The position numbers were made by a program, and so were the translations under genes. A DNA stretch of 64,000 nt from Eledone cirrhosa (lineage: Eukaryota), in the NCBI GenBank assembly GCA_964016885.1, contig OZ024740.1, forward strand, positions 316,882,001 through 316,946,000, given 5' to 3'. Of the stretch, positions 25,130-37,592 are shown in pieces. The notes beneath the pieces were generated by a model that had not been told where the DNA came from, searched no databases, and worked only from the letters and a program-made list of their open reading frames with translations. Numbering within the stretch: position 1 is the stretch's first letter; every line of letters begins with the position of its first letter.

Positions 25130-25735
25130 TCTTCTTCTTCTCCTCCTCCTCCCCACCCTTCCCCGCCTCTGCCTCCTCCTCCTTCTCCCTCTTCTTCTTC
25201 TTCTTGCGGGTCCTGTCAGAATCAACCATCTCCAACTGATCCAGCTGGATCCCCAAGTGTAACCAGCCAAGGTCATGGATGTTATCCAACCATCTTGCTC
25301 TGGGTCTCCTGCCGGTAGGTTTTTGCTCATAAAATCTGTCCAGTGATTCTTTCTAGAGACATTCTAATCACATATAGTATCGGAGCTGTGATCTGCTCAA
25401 GGTCTACTGCTTAGTCTCCTGCCAGTGGCTTTTGCCCCTGAAATCTGTCCAGTGATTCTTTCCTGAGATATTCTAACCACTTACTCACAGTATCAGAGCT
25501 GTGATCTGCTTGAGGTCTACTCATGAGTCTCCTGCCAGTAGCTTTTGCCCCTAAAATCTATCCAGTGATTCTTTCCCGAGACATTCTAACCATTTGCTCG
25601 TAATATCGGAGCTGTGATCTGCTCGAGGTCTACCCCTGGGTCTCCTACTGGCTGGTTTTCACCATAAAATCTGTCCAGTGATTCTTTCCTGTGACATTCT
25701 AATCACATGCCCATAGTATCAGAGCTGTGCTCTCA
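25130..25735 (-). mobile_element. RTE-like 3' fragment family with internal ~110-120-bp tandem amplification
   Basis: AAATCTGTCCAGTGATTCTTTCC...GGAGCTGTGATCT occurs four times. Confidence 0.7.
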
Positions 25736-26162
25736 AGAAGAATACAAGAGGGAAAATCGGATATTTTATGTTATATCTTTCATTGGAGAAAGAATTCTCT
25801 TTCTTTAAATCTTAACATCTTGTACCACATGATACCACATCAGCAAGACAGTTTTGAAAAGTACAAAACAGCTCTATGACTGCATGAAATTAAAATTTGA
25901 AGTGTTTACTTTAGTTTACTGCACATTTTCACAATGATCTGACAATTAGTGAAGATACTATAAACATTTGAATTAACAAACCTCAGTTTAGATATTGTTA
26001 AGAATTAAGTTTACATATATTCTTCCCCTCCCCTTCTTCTCCTCCAATTCCCCCTCTTTGTCAATATCATCGTTATCTTCCTCCTCCACCTCCACCACCA
26101 GCACCAGCACCAGCACCAGCACCACCATGTCAGTGACATATCCCTCTTCATTATCATTTTAA

Positions 26163-26354
26163 CCCTTTAGCATTTACATTACTCTATATTTACTGTTGTA
26201 AATATCTCACATAATATAGAATCTATGAGATTTTGATATTATTTATTTTTAGAACCATACTTTAACATCTGTATGAGCAGCCAGTTACAGCCAGTTTGAA
26301 CAGAATGAGTTGAGAGAATTCTGGCCGGATATAGCTGGTTTAAATGCTAAAGGG
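26163..26354. mobile_element. piggyBac-type MITE
   Basis: TTAA|CCCTTTAGCATTTA ... TAAATGCTAAAGGG|TTAA. A second copy at about 59454-60038 is in the opposite orientation with a SINE inserted. Confidence 0.85.
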
Positions 26355-26581
26355 TTAAATCTATTTTCCATGCCAGCCTGGCTTGAACAGGTCATTTCAT
26401 TCTGAGTCAATTCTTATTTGGAGTCACTGTTCTATATTTGGTATGGTTTCTACAGCTGGATGCTTTCCTGAACACCAGCCACTTTACAGAGTGTACTGGG
26501 TGTATTTATCAGATAGTTGTAGTTACACACTGTTTAACATTAGTAATTAGATAATTGGCTGTGTTGACTGATGAGAGAGGA

Positions 26582-26645
<64 letters not shown>

Positions 26646-26666
26646 ATATATATATATGATGATGAT

Positions 26667-26706
<40 letters not shown>

Positions 26707-26724
26707 AAGAAAAAGAGAGAGATG

Positions 26725-27410
26725 GATAGATAAATTTCTTTATTAGCGACAAGGGCACAAAAGAAGGGGACAAATACAAATGAGGAGTTTACATACAGGT
26801 ATATGAAAATAAAACTATTAATAAAATAACAAATAACAATTGATATCCCCAATAGGGGGGAGATATTACACAGGGGTTGTACACACCCTGAAAAAATGTA
26901 CAACCCTCATCTCCAGGAGCACCAAGAGTGAGTACTCCCTTCCTCTCTTCCTCTTTTTCCTCAACCTACAGGCTTATATAGAGAGAAGGCCCAACCACTC
27001 GGGCCATCTTTGCCACATTCACCCACCTTTTATAAAATTTGCTGGGGTATAGCACCTCTCTCTCCATCCTGATTCTTCTTCCAAAATGATATTTGAAAAA
27101 AACGAATCAGTTGCTCGCCGGAGAGAAAGGTGTCTGACCTCAGCCCTTTTAACCTCGTCCACCATATAACCTCTTTCACCATAGCCATAACACATAGGAA
27201 AATCGCCTCTCCCTCGTTTTTGAAGGAGAGTGGTGGTTTGATCATGACAATAGACTCGGTGGTCAACCGGATTGTTGCCACCCGTGACAATAGTCGTTCT
27301 ACAATAGATAGATAGATATCTTTATTTGCCACAAGGGTGTACAAGAAATGGCACATTACAAGACGTGGTGGCAGAAGTTTTACAAAACAATCGTATAAAT
27401 TTTAACAAGA
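26725..27410 (-). mobile_element. Tx1/L1-like LINE 3' fragments in (TAGA)n context
   Basis: Translates to MAMVKEVIWWTRLKGL. Two 3' tails end in AATAAAG followed by (TATC)n. Confidence 0.55.
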
Positions 27411-27716
27411 TAGATAGATAAATAAATAAATAGATGAATAGATAGATAGCTAGAGAGATGGATAGAAATAGATAGATTTGAGGGAAAGAGATAGAGAGAG
27501 AGAGAGAGAGATAAATAAAATTATTGTAGTCATTTCCTCTTTATCATCAACAATTGACATTATTGACAAGGAAATAATATTAATTTTTCATATAGGCAGA
27601 AGGCCTAAAAATGTGTGGGTTGGCTATAACCGATAAAAACAACCTTAGTAATTAATTGGTACTTTATCTTATCAACCCCAGAAGGATGACAGGTAAAGTT
27701 AACCTTGATGGGATTT

Positions 27717-27911
27717 ACCATATATACTTGAATATAAGACAACCTCACTATTTTATGTCTGAGAAATGGACAAAACTCCAAACCTTATTTGCGGAGAATT
27801 TGAAGTTGGGTGAAAAATCATCAAAATATTAACCCCAAATATAAGCTGATCACCTTCTACCATCAATATTTTGGTCATGTATTCTTTGGCTTATATTTGA
27901 GTATATATGGC
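27717..27911. mobile_element. Tc1/mariner-superfamily (pogo/Tc2-like) MITE, decayed
   Basis: Imperfect TIRs CCATATATACTTGAATATAAG and CTTATATTTGAGTATATATGG. Related pieces at 10700-10815 and 60130-60280. Confidence 0.65.
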
Positions 27912-27939
27912 AAACTGAAAGTCTAAGGCCATGCTATCA

Positions 27940-28130
27940 AATAATTGTTTCTACTTTTGGCACAAAGCCTGCAATTACCCAGTACATTACTGGTACTTTA
28001 TTTTATCAACCCCGTAAGGATGAAAGGCAAAGTTGACCTCGGCGGGATTTGAACTCAGAATGGAAAGGGCTGTAATTCTATGTGTCAAAGCATGACGTCC
28101 GACCCTCTACCGATACTGCCAATCCACCAC
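27940..28130 (-). mobile_element. SINE family 2
   Basis: Matches 14886-15077. Confidence 0.85.
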
Positions 28131-29344
28131 CATGCTATGAAATAATGCCAGTCATTTTGTCCACCATTTCTTGATATTAGCTACAAAATCTTACAAATTT
28201 CTATAGAATCTCTATAATAAGAAGAATAGTTTTACTGGATTTTTTTGTCCATCTGTCACATGAATGTTACAATCTGTTAAAAACGGTGCAAAATTTTTAT
28301 CTAGAATTCATGGAACACAAATCTGAGATAAGAAAAAAACTGGGTGAAAATCTGTATTCTGTCAACAGTGTTCTCTATTTCTTTATTTTCTGATCATTTA
28401 TTTCATCATTATCATTTTCATCATCATCAATCATCATTTAATGTCCATTTTCTATGCTAGCATGGGTTTGATGGGTTGTCCCGTTTGAGGCAAGTCAGGC
28501 CAGGTGACCGTGACTTGCTGTATAAAATCAAAATATAAAGAAGGTGCATAAAAAAGGTATGATACACTATTTACAAAGAAGAGAATAAAAAGTTCTTAGG
28601 AATGGAATAAAGGGGTTTGTTATTGAGAATGTGCTAATCAGGCTAGTGAGGCCATCGAGAAGGATTATAGTAAAAAAAAACTATCACCCTTTTCATGATG
28701 GCCTGTAAAAGGAGCAATTTATGCAAAATAATTTTTTATCTTATTTACAATTTTGGAATATTTTTTCAATGTTACTAGAAATGGTAGTTTTTTTTTGTTT
28801 TTTTTTACCAGAAACAGTTTTGTTGATTACTCAATAGCATCTTTTTAATATATATTTTACATCTTTTGAGTCTGGAAGAGTTGCATCTTTGCATACAAAA
28901 TGATTCTAGACAATTGCTCCATGATAGGGGTAGTTGAATTTATCAACATTTGAATGTTACCCTAGAATACTTCGTTGGATACTTGTGAATATTCTTTATA
29001 GATTTTTCTTGAACACATTTTAGTGTAGAGTTGTGATAAACTGAACATTAGTCTCAAATGAGCAGCCAAATTTATTTTATAAATGTTTAGATTTTATTAT
29101 CAATCATTAAAGGCTGTGAGTGTGAGCCTCAGGGAGTCTTTGATATAATTCTGACTGCACGTTTTGTAAAGTATGAAGTTTACTTAGTTTTGTCTTCTTG
29201 ACACTATCCCAAGCTAGGTTACCATATATTAAATATGGATTAACAAAAGTGAAAAATATAACATTTTCATTGCTTTGTTGTCCAAAAACTTACATAGTCT
29301 ACAGATTATTACAATTTGTGACAACAATTTGGATTCTGTTGCTT

Positions 29345-29625
29345 GAATGTGCCATTTCCAACCAATCTGACTGGATCCCCAAGCGAGACCAGCCAAGCTC
29401 ATGGATGTTATCCAACCATCTTGCTCGGGGTCTACTCCTGGGTATCTTACTGGTTGGTTTTGTCCATAAAATATGTCCAGTGATTCTTTCCTGAGACATT
29501 CTAACCACATGCCCATAGTATTGGAGCTGTGATCTCTCAATTTGGATAAGTTGCTGCTCTATCTGGAGTGACATACTCTATCATCTAACATTACTCCAAA
29601 GACCCTCAGAGTAACCCCCTTTCAG
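29345..29625 (-). mobile_element. RTE-like 3' fragment family
   Basis: Translates to QIERSQLQYYGHVVRMSQER...RPRARWLDNI. Confidence 0.75.
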
Positions 29626-30361
29626 CCACTTGTATTTGCCACCGTATTCTATACAATGACAATAAATTAAATTGTATTGAATCCTATCTCCTTCCATCAT
29701 CATCATCATCATTGTTTAACGTCCATTTTCCATGCTAGCATGGGTAGGACAGGCTATCCCTTTATGCGAGATCTTGTTGGAGGACCGTGTTTCACTCATG
29801 CAGGGCTGATTTTGGCTTGGTTTCTACAGCTGGATTCCCTTCCTAATGCCCACCTCATTTATAGTGAGTGCTGGGTGCTTTTTGTCAACACTCCTACGCA
29901 ACCACTTTACAGTGTGGACTGGCCACTTTTGTGAGGACTGCAATAAATTGAATTCTATTTAATCCTATCTCTTTCCATATTTGTGTAAAAATATGAAGAA
30001 TGTTTTGATTTATTGATAGTTCGGTTTTCAAGAAAACTATTTATTTCTATAATAATAAAGTCTGTTTCTATTCACTGGTTGTTATATTGATTGTCTTTCT
30101 GTTTTATTCACCAGTCAAATATATTCTTCTATATCAATATAACAGTCGGGTCAGACATTGTGTTTCCTTTAACAGGAGAGAAACAGAAGAATCAAGAATG
30201 AAATGGTCAAAATACCAGAGCAAAATTGTAAAATAAAAGACAAATATAAGAATTAGTTATAACAAAATATATATATGATATCATTGAGTCTGTTTTAGCT
30301 TCAAGTTAAATATTTGTACAGATTTTCTTGACACTATTTGTTCCTATGGGGATTATATTAT

Positions 30362-30400
<39 letters not shown>

Positions 30401-30648
30401 TATATAGATATAGAGATACATATATACATATATATACATTCATACACACATATGCACATACATACATATATATATTCATAGATACATGCACACACACATA
30501 CATATATATATACACACATTTAGGTATGTATATATTTGTATATATGTGTGTGTGTATTATACATATATACACACATTTGTATATACATAGCAGAGAAAGT
30601 GGATGTTAAATGATGATAATGTTGATATGACTGTGTGTGTGTGTGTGT

Positions 30649-30705
<57 letters not shown>

Positions 30706-30812
30706 TATCAACATTATCATCATTTAACATCCACTTTCTCTGCTATGTATATACACATACATATACATACCTATATGTATTTATATATAGATATACATAT
30801 ATATATATATAT

Positions 30813-30987
30813 GTAATAGGAAAAAGTATGACCCCGACGGCAGAGCTCAAGCCGTTTCAACGGCTATTTCTAATCCAGAAATAGCCGTTTGGGTCATACT
30901 TTTTCCTATTACCCACTCTACTACCCTAAGTATTGAGTACTCTGGTGTGTTATGGACCATCTGGTTCTTTACCACATTTCCTTCATT

Positions 30988-30990
<3 letters not shown>
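30813..30990. mobile_element. Short fold-back element with hammerhead 3' half (minus) and tail (plus)
   Basis: 22-bp inverted arms. Minus strand GAAA CGGC-uugagcucu-GCCG UC GGGGUC. Tail motif TTGAGTACT. Confidence 0.65.
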
Positions 30991-31069
<79 letters not shown>

Positions 31070-31151
31070 TATTAGGATAAGGAACATATATATATATACT
31101 ATAAGGATATGCAACCATACAACTATAAATATATATATATATATATATATG

Positions 31152-31477
31152 TAGGAGGTGAGTTTTATTGTAGTACAATAAAGCAATGCAGATATCAGAT
31201 AAGAAGCACTCTACAGTTTGTAGGACTGGAGTATACATAATATATAAGATCAAAAGATGGTTAAAAGAGTTCCATGTATTTTATTATGCGCATTTCAAAA
31301 ACAAATATCATCATGCAATAATATTTGTGTTTTCATCAAGTGTTTTTTAACCTTCATATCATGTCTTCCTATTTTATCTGATGAAAACACAAATATTATT
31401 GCATGATGATATTTGTTTTTGAAATGCGCATAATAAAATACATGGAACTCTTTTAACCATCTTTTGATCTTATATAT
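31152..31477. mobile_element. Fold-back hammerhead element with left tail
   Basis: Arms of ~99 bp at 31240-31338 and 31379-31477. Confidence 0.8.
31370..31440 (+). ncRNA. Type I hammerhead ribozyme
   Basis: UAUUUUAU CUGAUGA AAAcACAAAUAUUAUU-gcau-GAUGAUAUUUGUuUUU GAAA UGCGCA UA AUAAAAUA: 8-bp stem I, ~15-bp stem II. Confidence 0.88.
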
Positions 31478-32115
31478 TAGTAATCCCCTCTGGCTTCTCA
31501 ACATTCTCTACCAGATATTTTGTCTTAGTCTCATTCATTCTCAGCCCCACACTCATCGATACAGTCTCAACCCCCCACATCAAATCCTCTGCCTCCTTCA
31601 CTGTATTTGTCACCAAAACTATGTCGTCGGCAAATTCAGCTTCCGATACCTTTTTCGCCCTTACTCTCCTGCTCTGAGCTGGTGCTACAGTAAAGCCAGA
31701 GTCCTGGTGTTTCTCCAGTGCAAGGCGCATACAATAGTCCACTACGATGATAAAAAGGTAGGGAGCCAATGTATCTCCCTGGAGCACTCCAGCCAGTATC
31801 TCACTAATGTAGGCGGGAAGCCGCTGGAATTGGTTGAGGGCTTCCTGTATTTGGGAGCAAAGATTGGGAATACGGAAGATGATGTGGTTGAGAGGAAAAG
31901 CAAGGCCTGGGCGGCGTGTCACAGTTTGTGATCGGTGTGGAAGTCGGACCTTCGTAGAGACCTGAAGGTCTGCCTCTTCATTGCTGTAGTGGAGTCTGTG
32001 CTGCTGTATGGGTCTGAGACTTGGACACTGACCAAGAAATTCACTCAGATGGTGGATGGGTGCTACACGAGAATGCTGAAGATGGCTCTGAACATTAATC
32101 AGTATACACTGAGGA
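31476..32115. mobile_element. RTE LINE fragment with internal inversion (same family as 16350-17895)
   Basis: 31476-31801 codes on minus (GVLQGDTLAP...EGITN). 31803-32115 continues the same protein on plus (TNVGGKPLELVE...). Confidence 0.88.
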
Positions 32116-32182
32116 TATATATATATATATATGTGTGTGTGTATATATATACATATATGTATGTATGTATGTATATATATAT

Positions 32183-32591
32183 CCGGGAGAGATTACCCCT
32201 TAGCCTTTGTCAAGGCAGAATTCTAGGAGAAGGAAAACTCTGATATAACACCTGCAACCCTGATGGTATCCAATGGTATTGATTTGTTCTTCTTTTTGGT
32301 AAATATCATCTTGGTTAAGAGAGTGGGACTGGTTTTGTGCAGTGCCTTTGCTCACTATAAAAGCTTCACGGCACAGGCATTGCTTTATATCTGGAGATCT
32401 CTCTGCACTTGTTGTCACATGGTACCATGGGCCCAGCACTATGTGTCAATAATTGTCACAAGTGTAGTGTTTGTACCAGAGTTTTCAAGTCACTGGCTGG
32501 ACTAAAAAGTGACACTCGTTCAGCGCATCGGTAGGAGTTCTCCTACATGGATATAAAGTAGTGGCCATACTCGAAAACGAGTTGGCAGCCA

Positions 32592-32593
<2 letters not shown>
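32183..32593 (+). mobile_element. Second copy of the RTE-derived element at 3678-4284 (3' part)
   Basis: Clear sequence identity; both end GAGTTGGCAGCCACC followed by (AT)n. Confidence 0.8.
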
Positions 32594-32637
<44 letters not shown>

Positions 32638-32658
32638 TATAAGGATATGCAACCATAC

Positions 32659-32698
<40 letters not shown>

Positions 32699-32728
32699 AT
32701 ATATACATATATGTATGTATGTATATAT

Positions 32729-32771
<43 letters not shown>

Positions 32772-33221
32772 TATATATATTTATATACATGTGTGTATGT
32801 GGTTGTGTAGCTACATATGTATGTGTGCACACACATGAACATAAGACCACACACAAGCACACACAAGCACACACAAACACTTTCCCAATGTCTGCAAACA
32901 CGTATGAGTATGAAACGAGAATAGAAATTTACATTATCATCTCATCTGATTTCAATATTTATCGTGATTGGATTTTTGTGAATAAATGGAGCATAAAATC
33001 AGAACTGTAATAGAGATGAAAAGAAGAATAAGTTTAATATTTTTTATGTACGGTTAAGTAGGAAACTGAACTGGAAATACAAAAAAGTCATCAGATTGCT
33101 TGTTATAATAATACTCTTGTAGATATCCTATTGTTTCATGGGTGGGATTAGTAATGTTTACATACTTCACCAAACTTTAACAAAGCCATGTTTGTTTGGA
33201 TTATATATATGAGTGTATGTG

Positions 33222-33293
<72 letters not shown>

Positions 33294-33403
33294 TATCCCA
33301 CTTTAGTCCTCCCCCATTCATTTCCTCCAACCCACCCAACCATGCACATTCAACAACTCCTGCCAGCAAGGAAAGACAGCCCCTCCTACAATCATACTCC
33401 ACT

Positions 33404-33443
<40 letters not shown>

Positions 33444-33458
33444 GTGTATATATATATA

Positions 33459-33554
<96 letters not shown>

Positions 33555-33574
33555 TATATATATATATATGTGTA

Positions 33575-33916
33575 GGAGGCACATAGCTTAGTGGTTAGAG
33601 CATTCGCCTTGCAATCGAAAGGTTGTGAGTTCAATTCTCAGACCGGGTGATGTGTTGTTTCCTTGAGCAAGACACTTTATTTCACATTGCTCCAGTTTAC
33701 TCAGCTGTAGAAATGAGATGATAGGGACTGGGTTCCCTATCATTCCACTGCAAAAAGTGGTCGTGGAGGTGTCACGGCAAAAAAGCACCCAGCACTCACT
33801 GTAAATGAGGTTGGTGTTAGGAAGGGCATCCAGCTGTAGAAATCAAGCCAAAATCAGTTCCCGTCCCACCCTTGCAAGCAGGGAAAAGTGGACGTAAAAT
33901 GAAATGATGATGATGA

Positions 33917-33920
<4 letters not shown>
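33575..33920 (+). mobile_element. SINE family 1, full length
   Basis: A and B boxes, CORE-like domain, RTE tail. Confidence 0.9.
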
Positions 33921-33960
<40 letters not shown>

Positions 33961-34089
33961 GTACATATATATATATATATACATACATATACACATATAT
34001 GTGTGTGTGTGTGTGTGTGTGAGGAGTGGAGGATGATTGTATGAGGGGCTGTCTTTCCTTGCTGGCAGGAGTTGTTGAATGTATATATA

Positions 34090-34900
34090 TCATCATCACC
34101 GTTTTACGTCCGTTCTTCCACGCTAGCATGGGTTAGACGGGTTGTCCTGTTGTGGGCAGTGTCTGGTCGGCTGACCATGCCTTGCTCATACAGGAACTTA
34201 TTTTGGCTTGGTTCCTACAGCTGGATGCCCTTCCTAACACCAACCTCATTTACAGTGAGTGCTGGGTGCTTTTTTCCGTGGCGCCTACACGTCCACTTTA
34301 CAGTGTGGGTTGGGTGCTTTTTTTGCCATGGCACCTCCACGACCACGTGTGTCATCGCCTTTGAGAGGTGTAATTGGGTAAGGTCGGCTTTTATCACCTC
34401 ATCCCAGGTCTTCTTGGGTTTCCCCACTCCGCGTTTCCATCGACTTCTAGTGCTCTGCACCTTTTTATGCAGCTGTCATCCTTCATACGCATCACATGTC
34501 CATACCAACGCAACCGCCTCTCCTGCACACAGCATTTGATTCCTCTTATGCTCAGTCTCTCTCTCTCAATTCATCTATGCTTTGCCGTTCACGTATATTA
34601 CTATTACACATCCATCGGAGCATGCAGGCTTCGTTTCTTTCTAATCTACGTAAGTCTTCCACCTTCAGCGCCCAGGTCTCACTACCATGCAACATTGCTG
34701 TTCGGATACACGCATCATACAGTCTGCCTTTCATTTTGAGGGAGAAGCCTTTTGCAGCTAGCAGTTGCAGTAGTTCCCTAAACTTCTTCCATCCCGTTCT
34801 TACCCTAGTTATTGTACTTTCTGAACACCCACCTCTGCTGCTAATTCGGTCACCTAGGTAGCAGAAGCTGTCTACTGTTTCTACAGAGCCCTCCCAGAGA
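34090..34900 (-). mobile_element. RTE LINE C-terminal fragment (34345-34900) fused to a bipartite RTE 5'/3' module (34090-34345)
   Basis: Translates to VDSFCYLGD, WKKFREL, MLHGSETW. Confidence 0.85.
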
Positions 34901-35059
34901 TTGGTGGTACTTGTGCTCTCAGACGCTTTATGCCATGAAACCGGGATAAGCACCGGCCAAATGAGCCTTCTGGCTTAAGACAGACTTTAGACTTTTTATA
35001 TATATATATATATATGAAAACGTCTAAAGTCAGAAGGCTCATTTGGTGATATATATATA

Positions 35060-35285
35060 TAAATCAAAATGGATTCTATAAGTAACTGGTTAGACCATTA
35101 TGCATCAGTGCACTCGATACTTGGGGTAGTAGAGTATGGTTATATTATAAAGAGTCGGTTGAGATCTTGTCATTTCAATAGCTAGTTCCAGACAGAGTCT
35201 GGAACTAGCTATTGAAATGGCAGAAGGTCCGGAACTAACTGTTGTCTTAACGTTTCAGATGCTAGTCCTTCATCAGAAAATAGAA
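35060..35285 (-). mobile_element. Decayed hammerhead element with internal palindrome and tail
   Basis: Minimal CUGAUGA-AGGACUAGCAUCU-GAAA-CG-UU at 35245-35280 on minus. Hairpin at 35168-35222. Tail resembles 30915-30945. Confidence 0.5.
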
Positions 35286-36374
35286 TGAGAAATTACAGAA
35301 GAAATAGGAAGATAGATGAGAGTGGGCAGTGGCAGAAATGAAAAAAAATGTCTTTAATAAAATATAGGTATATTCAGTGGTCCTGCTTGAGTACTGACCT
35401 GCTCTGTGAAGACCCATCTAACCCTTTCCAGCAGGGAAAACAGCTGTTAAATGATGATGATTGGTTGGTCTCTTCCCATCCTTATTGTTGAGGGTCAGGG
35501 ACCATGGACAATAGTATCAATGCTAATCTATATAATGCTACAGGACCATAATTCTCATTGGCAAAACAAATTATATTGGTAGGTCCTTAATTCTCATCCC
35601 ACCATTACTCATATGTTGGTTACTGAGCTGCAGCTCATGCCTTTTCATCACAAGGATGAAGCCATTAGCCACTTAAAAAGTTGTCACTAAAATGACTTAG
35701 GAAACTCATATACATTGGTTTTGAAATCAGAGTGGCCCTTTTCTTAGACAGACTGTCAACCAAGGCTACCGAGCTCTGTCTACCTGCTTTTTTTTTACAC
35801 ACCATTGGATGGCCGTTGACTCTCCTGAGTTCTTCTGCCCTTTGACAGGTTTTGTTTGTCATCCACAGGGTATTAAAGAATTACCCTTCTCCCCAAGTAG
35901 GCTTGGTGGGATTGCTGGTTTAGTTGTTGACAACTCAGCCATATGACAGGTTGTACCAGGTTACATGTTACCAGTAGCACTTGCAAGCATAAATGATGAT
36001 GATGATGATGATGGCGATATCTAAACTATAATAAAGCAAAGGCTGCGGGACTGCTTATGGTTTATTTCTTTTAATCCAGTTAGTAAAATAAGTTGGATTA
36101 CTTTGAATAAATAATGAATGAATATTACCTAATCTATGTGCTAAATTTCATAAACAAATAATTTCGTAAAAATAAATAATCTAAAATTGACTTCTTTTCA
36201 AAGTTGCACTTCCGGTATATCGTCGCCACCACCACCACTTCAACTACCATATATATAGAAAGAGAGAGTGTGTGATGAGAGAAATAGAGAGATTATGATT
36301 TTCTACACACTGACACGTATGAGTGTGCACATACATACATCTATATGTATGAGTATATAACTATTATGAGTATA

Positions 36375-37063
36375 TCTAAACTATAATAAAGTAAGGAGTG
36401 CGGGACTGTGTACGGTTTATAATTTTTTATCCCATTAGTAAAATAAGTTGGATTACTTTGAATAAATAATTGTTTCTACTTTAGGCACAAGGCCAGCAAT
36501 TACCCAGTGCATTACTGGTACTTTATTTTATCGACCCCGTAAGGATGAAAGGCAAAGTCAACCTCGGCGGGATTTGAACTCAGATCATAAAGGGACGTAA
36601 CTATGCTGGAAAGCATGGCGTCAAATCCTCTACCGATACTGCCAATCCACCGCCCTCGTTACTTTGAATAAATAATGAATGAATATTACATAATTTATCT
36701 ACTAAATTTCGTGGCTGTTCATTAAATATATTTTATTACTTATTTAAAGATTCGGTTCTTTAAAATTTTCAAATGTCAACACTTCCGGTTAGCAGTCGCT
36801 TAAATAAATATTCATATATTTCTGTCACTAATTTTCTCCTAATGCAGTTTATATATAATATCGTCTTTTTTTAATGTATCATGGATTACGTTACTGATTA
36901 CATAAGAGAGCATAACACAGTCTTTGTTCAATTTCTGTGTATATTGTCAGTTACGATGTTATTTGATGTATCATATCTACATGCATATATACTTGCGTAT
37001 AATATCAATATACACACTACACATGCTAGCAGAAAACCACTCGAAGGGTGGTTTTTCTGCTAG
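36375..37063 (+). mobile_element. Non-autonomous Helitron (extra 5' end at 36020; SINE family 2 inserted at 36466-36655)
   Basis: A|TCTAAACTATAATAAAG 5' end; hairpin GCAGAAAACCAC..GTGGTTTTTCTGC; CTAG|T 3' end. Confidence 0.8.
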
Positions 37064-37289
37064 TGACTATAATGGCGCAAACACAAACTTATAAAAATAC
37101 ACACTCGGACATAATTCACACAAATACACATACATTCACACAAACATACATACATTCACACATATACATTTACACAAACACACACATACAGTCATGATAG
37201 CGTTTGGTTTAATTGGAAATGGGAGAGTAAAACAAGTATAACGTTTAATTTATTTATTAACTCTTTTTTTAAAAACTCATTTAATATAA

Positions 37290-37592
37290 CTAGCAGAAAA
37301 ACCACCTTTCGAGTGGTTTTCTACTAGCATGTGTAGTGTGTATATTGATATTATACCAAGTATATATGCATGTAGATATGATACATCAAATAAAACTGTA
37401 ATTGACAATATACACAGAAATTGAACGAAGACTGTGTTACACTGTCTTCTGTAATCAGTAATGTAATCCATGATACATTAAAAAAAGACGATATTATATA
37501 TCTGCTAGCATGTGTAGTGTGTATATTGATATTATACGCAAGTATATATGCATGTAGATATGATACATCAAATAAAATCATAATTGACAATA
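37290..37592 (-). mobile_element. Inverted copy of the same Helitron 3' end, with partial duplication
   Basis: Reverse complement of about 36850-37063. Confidence 0.8.
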
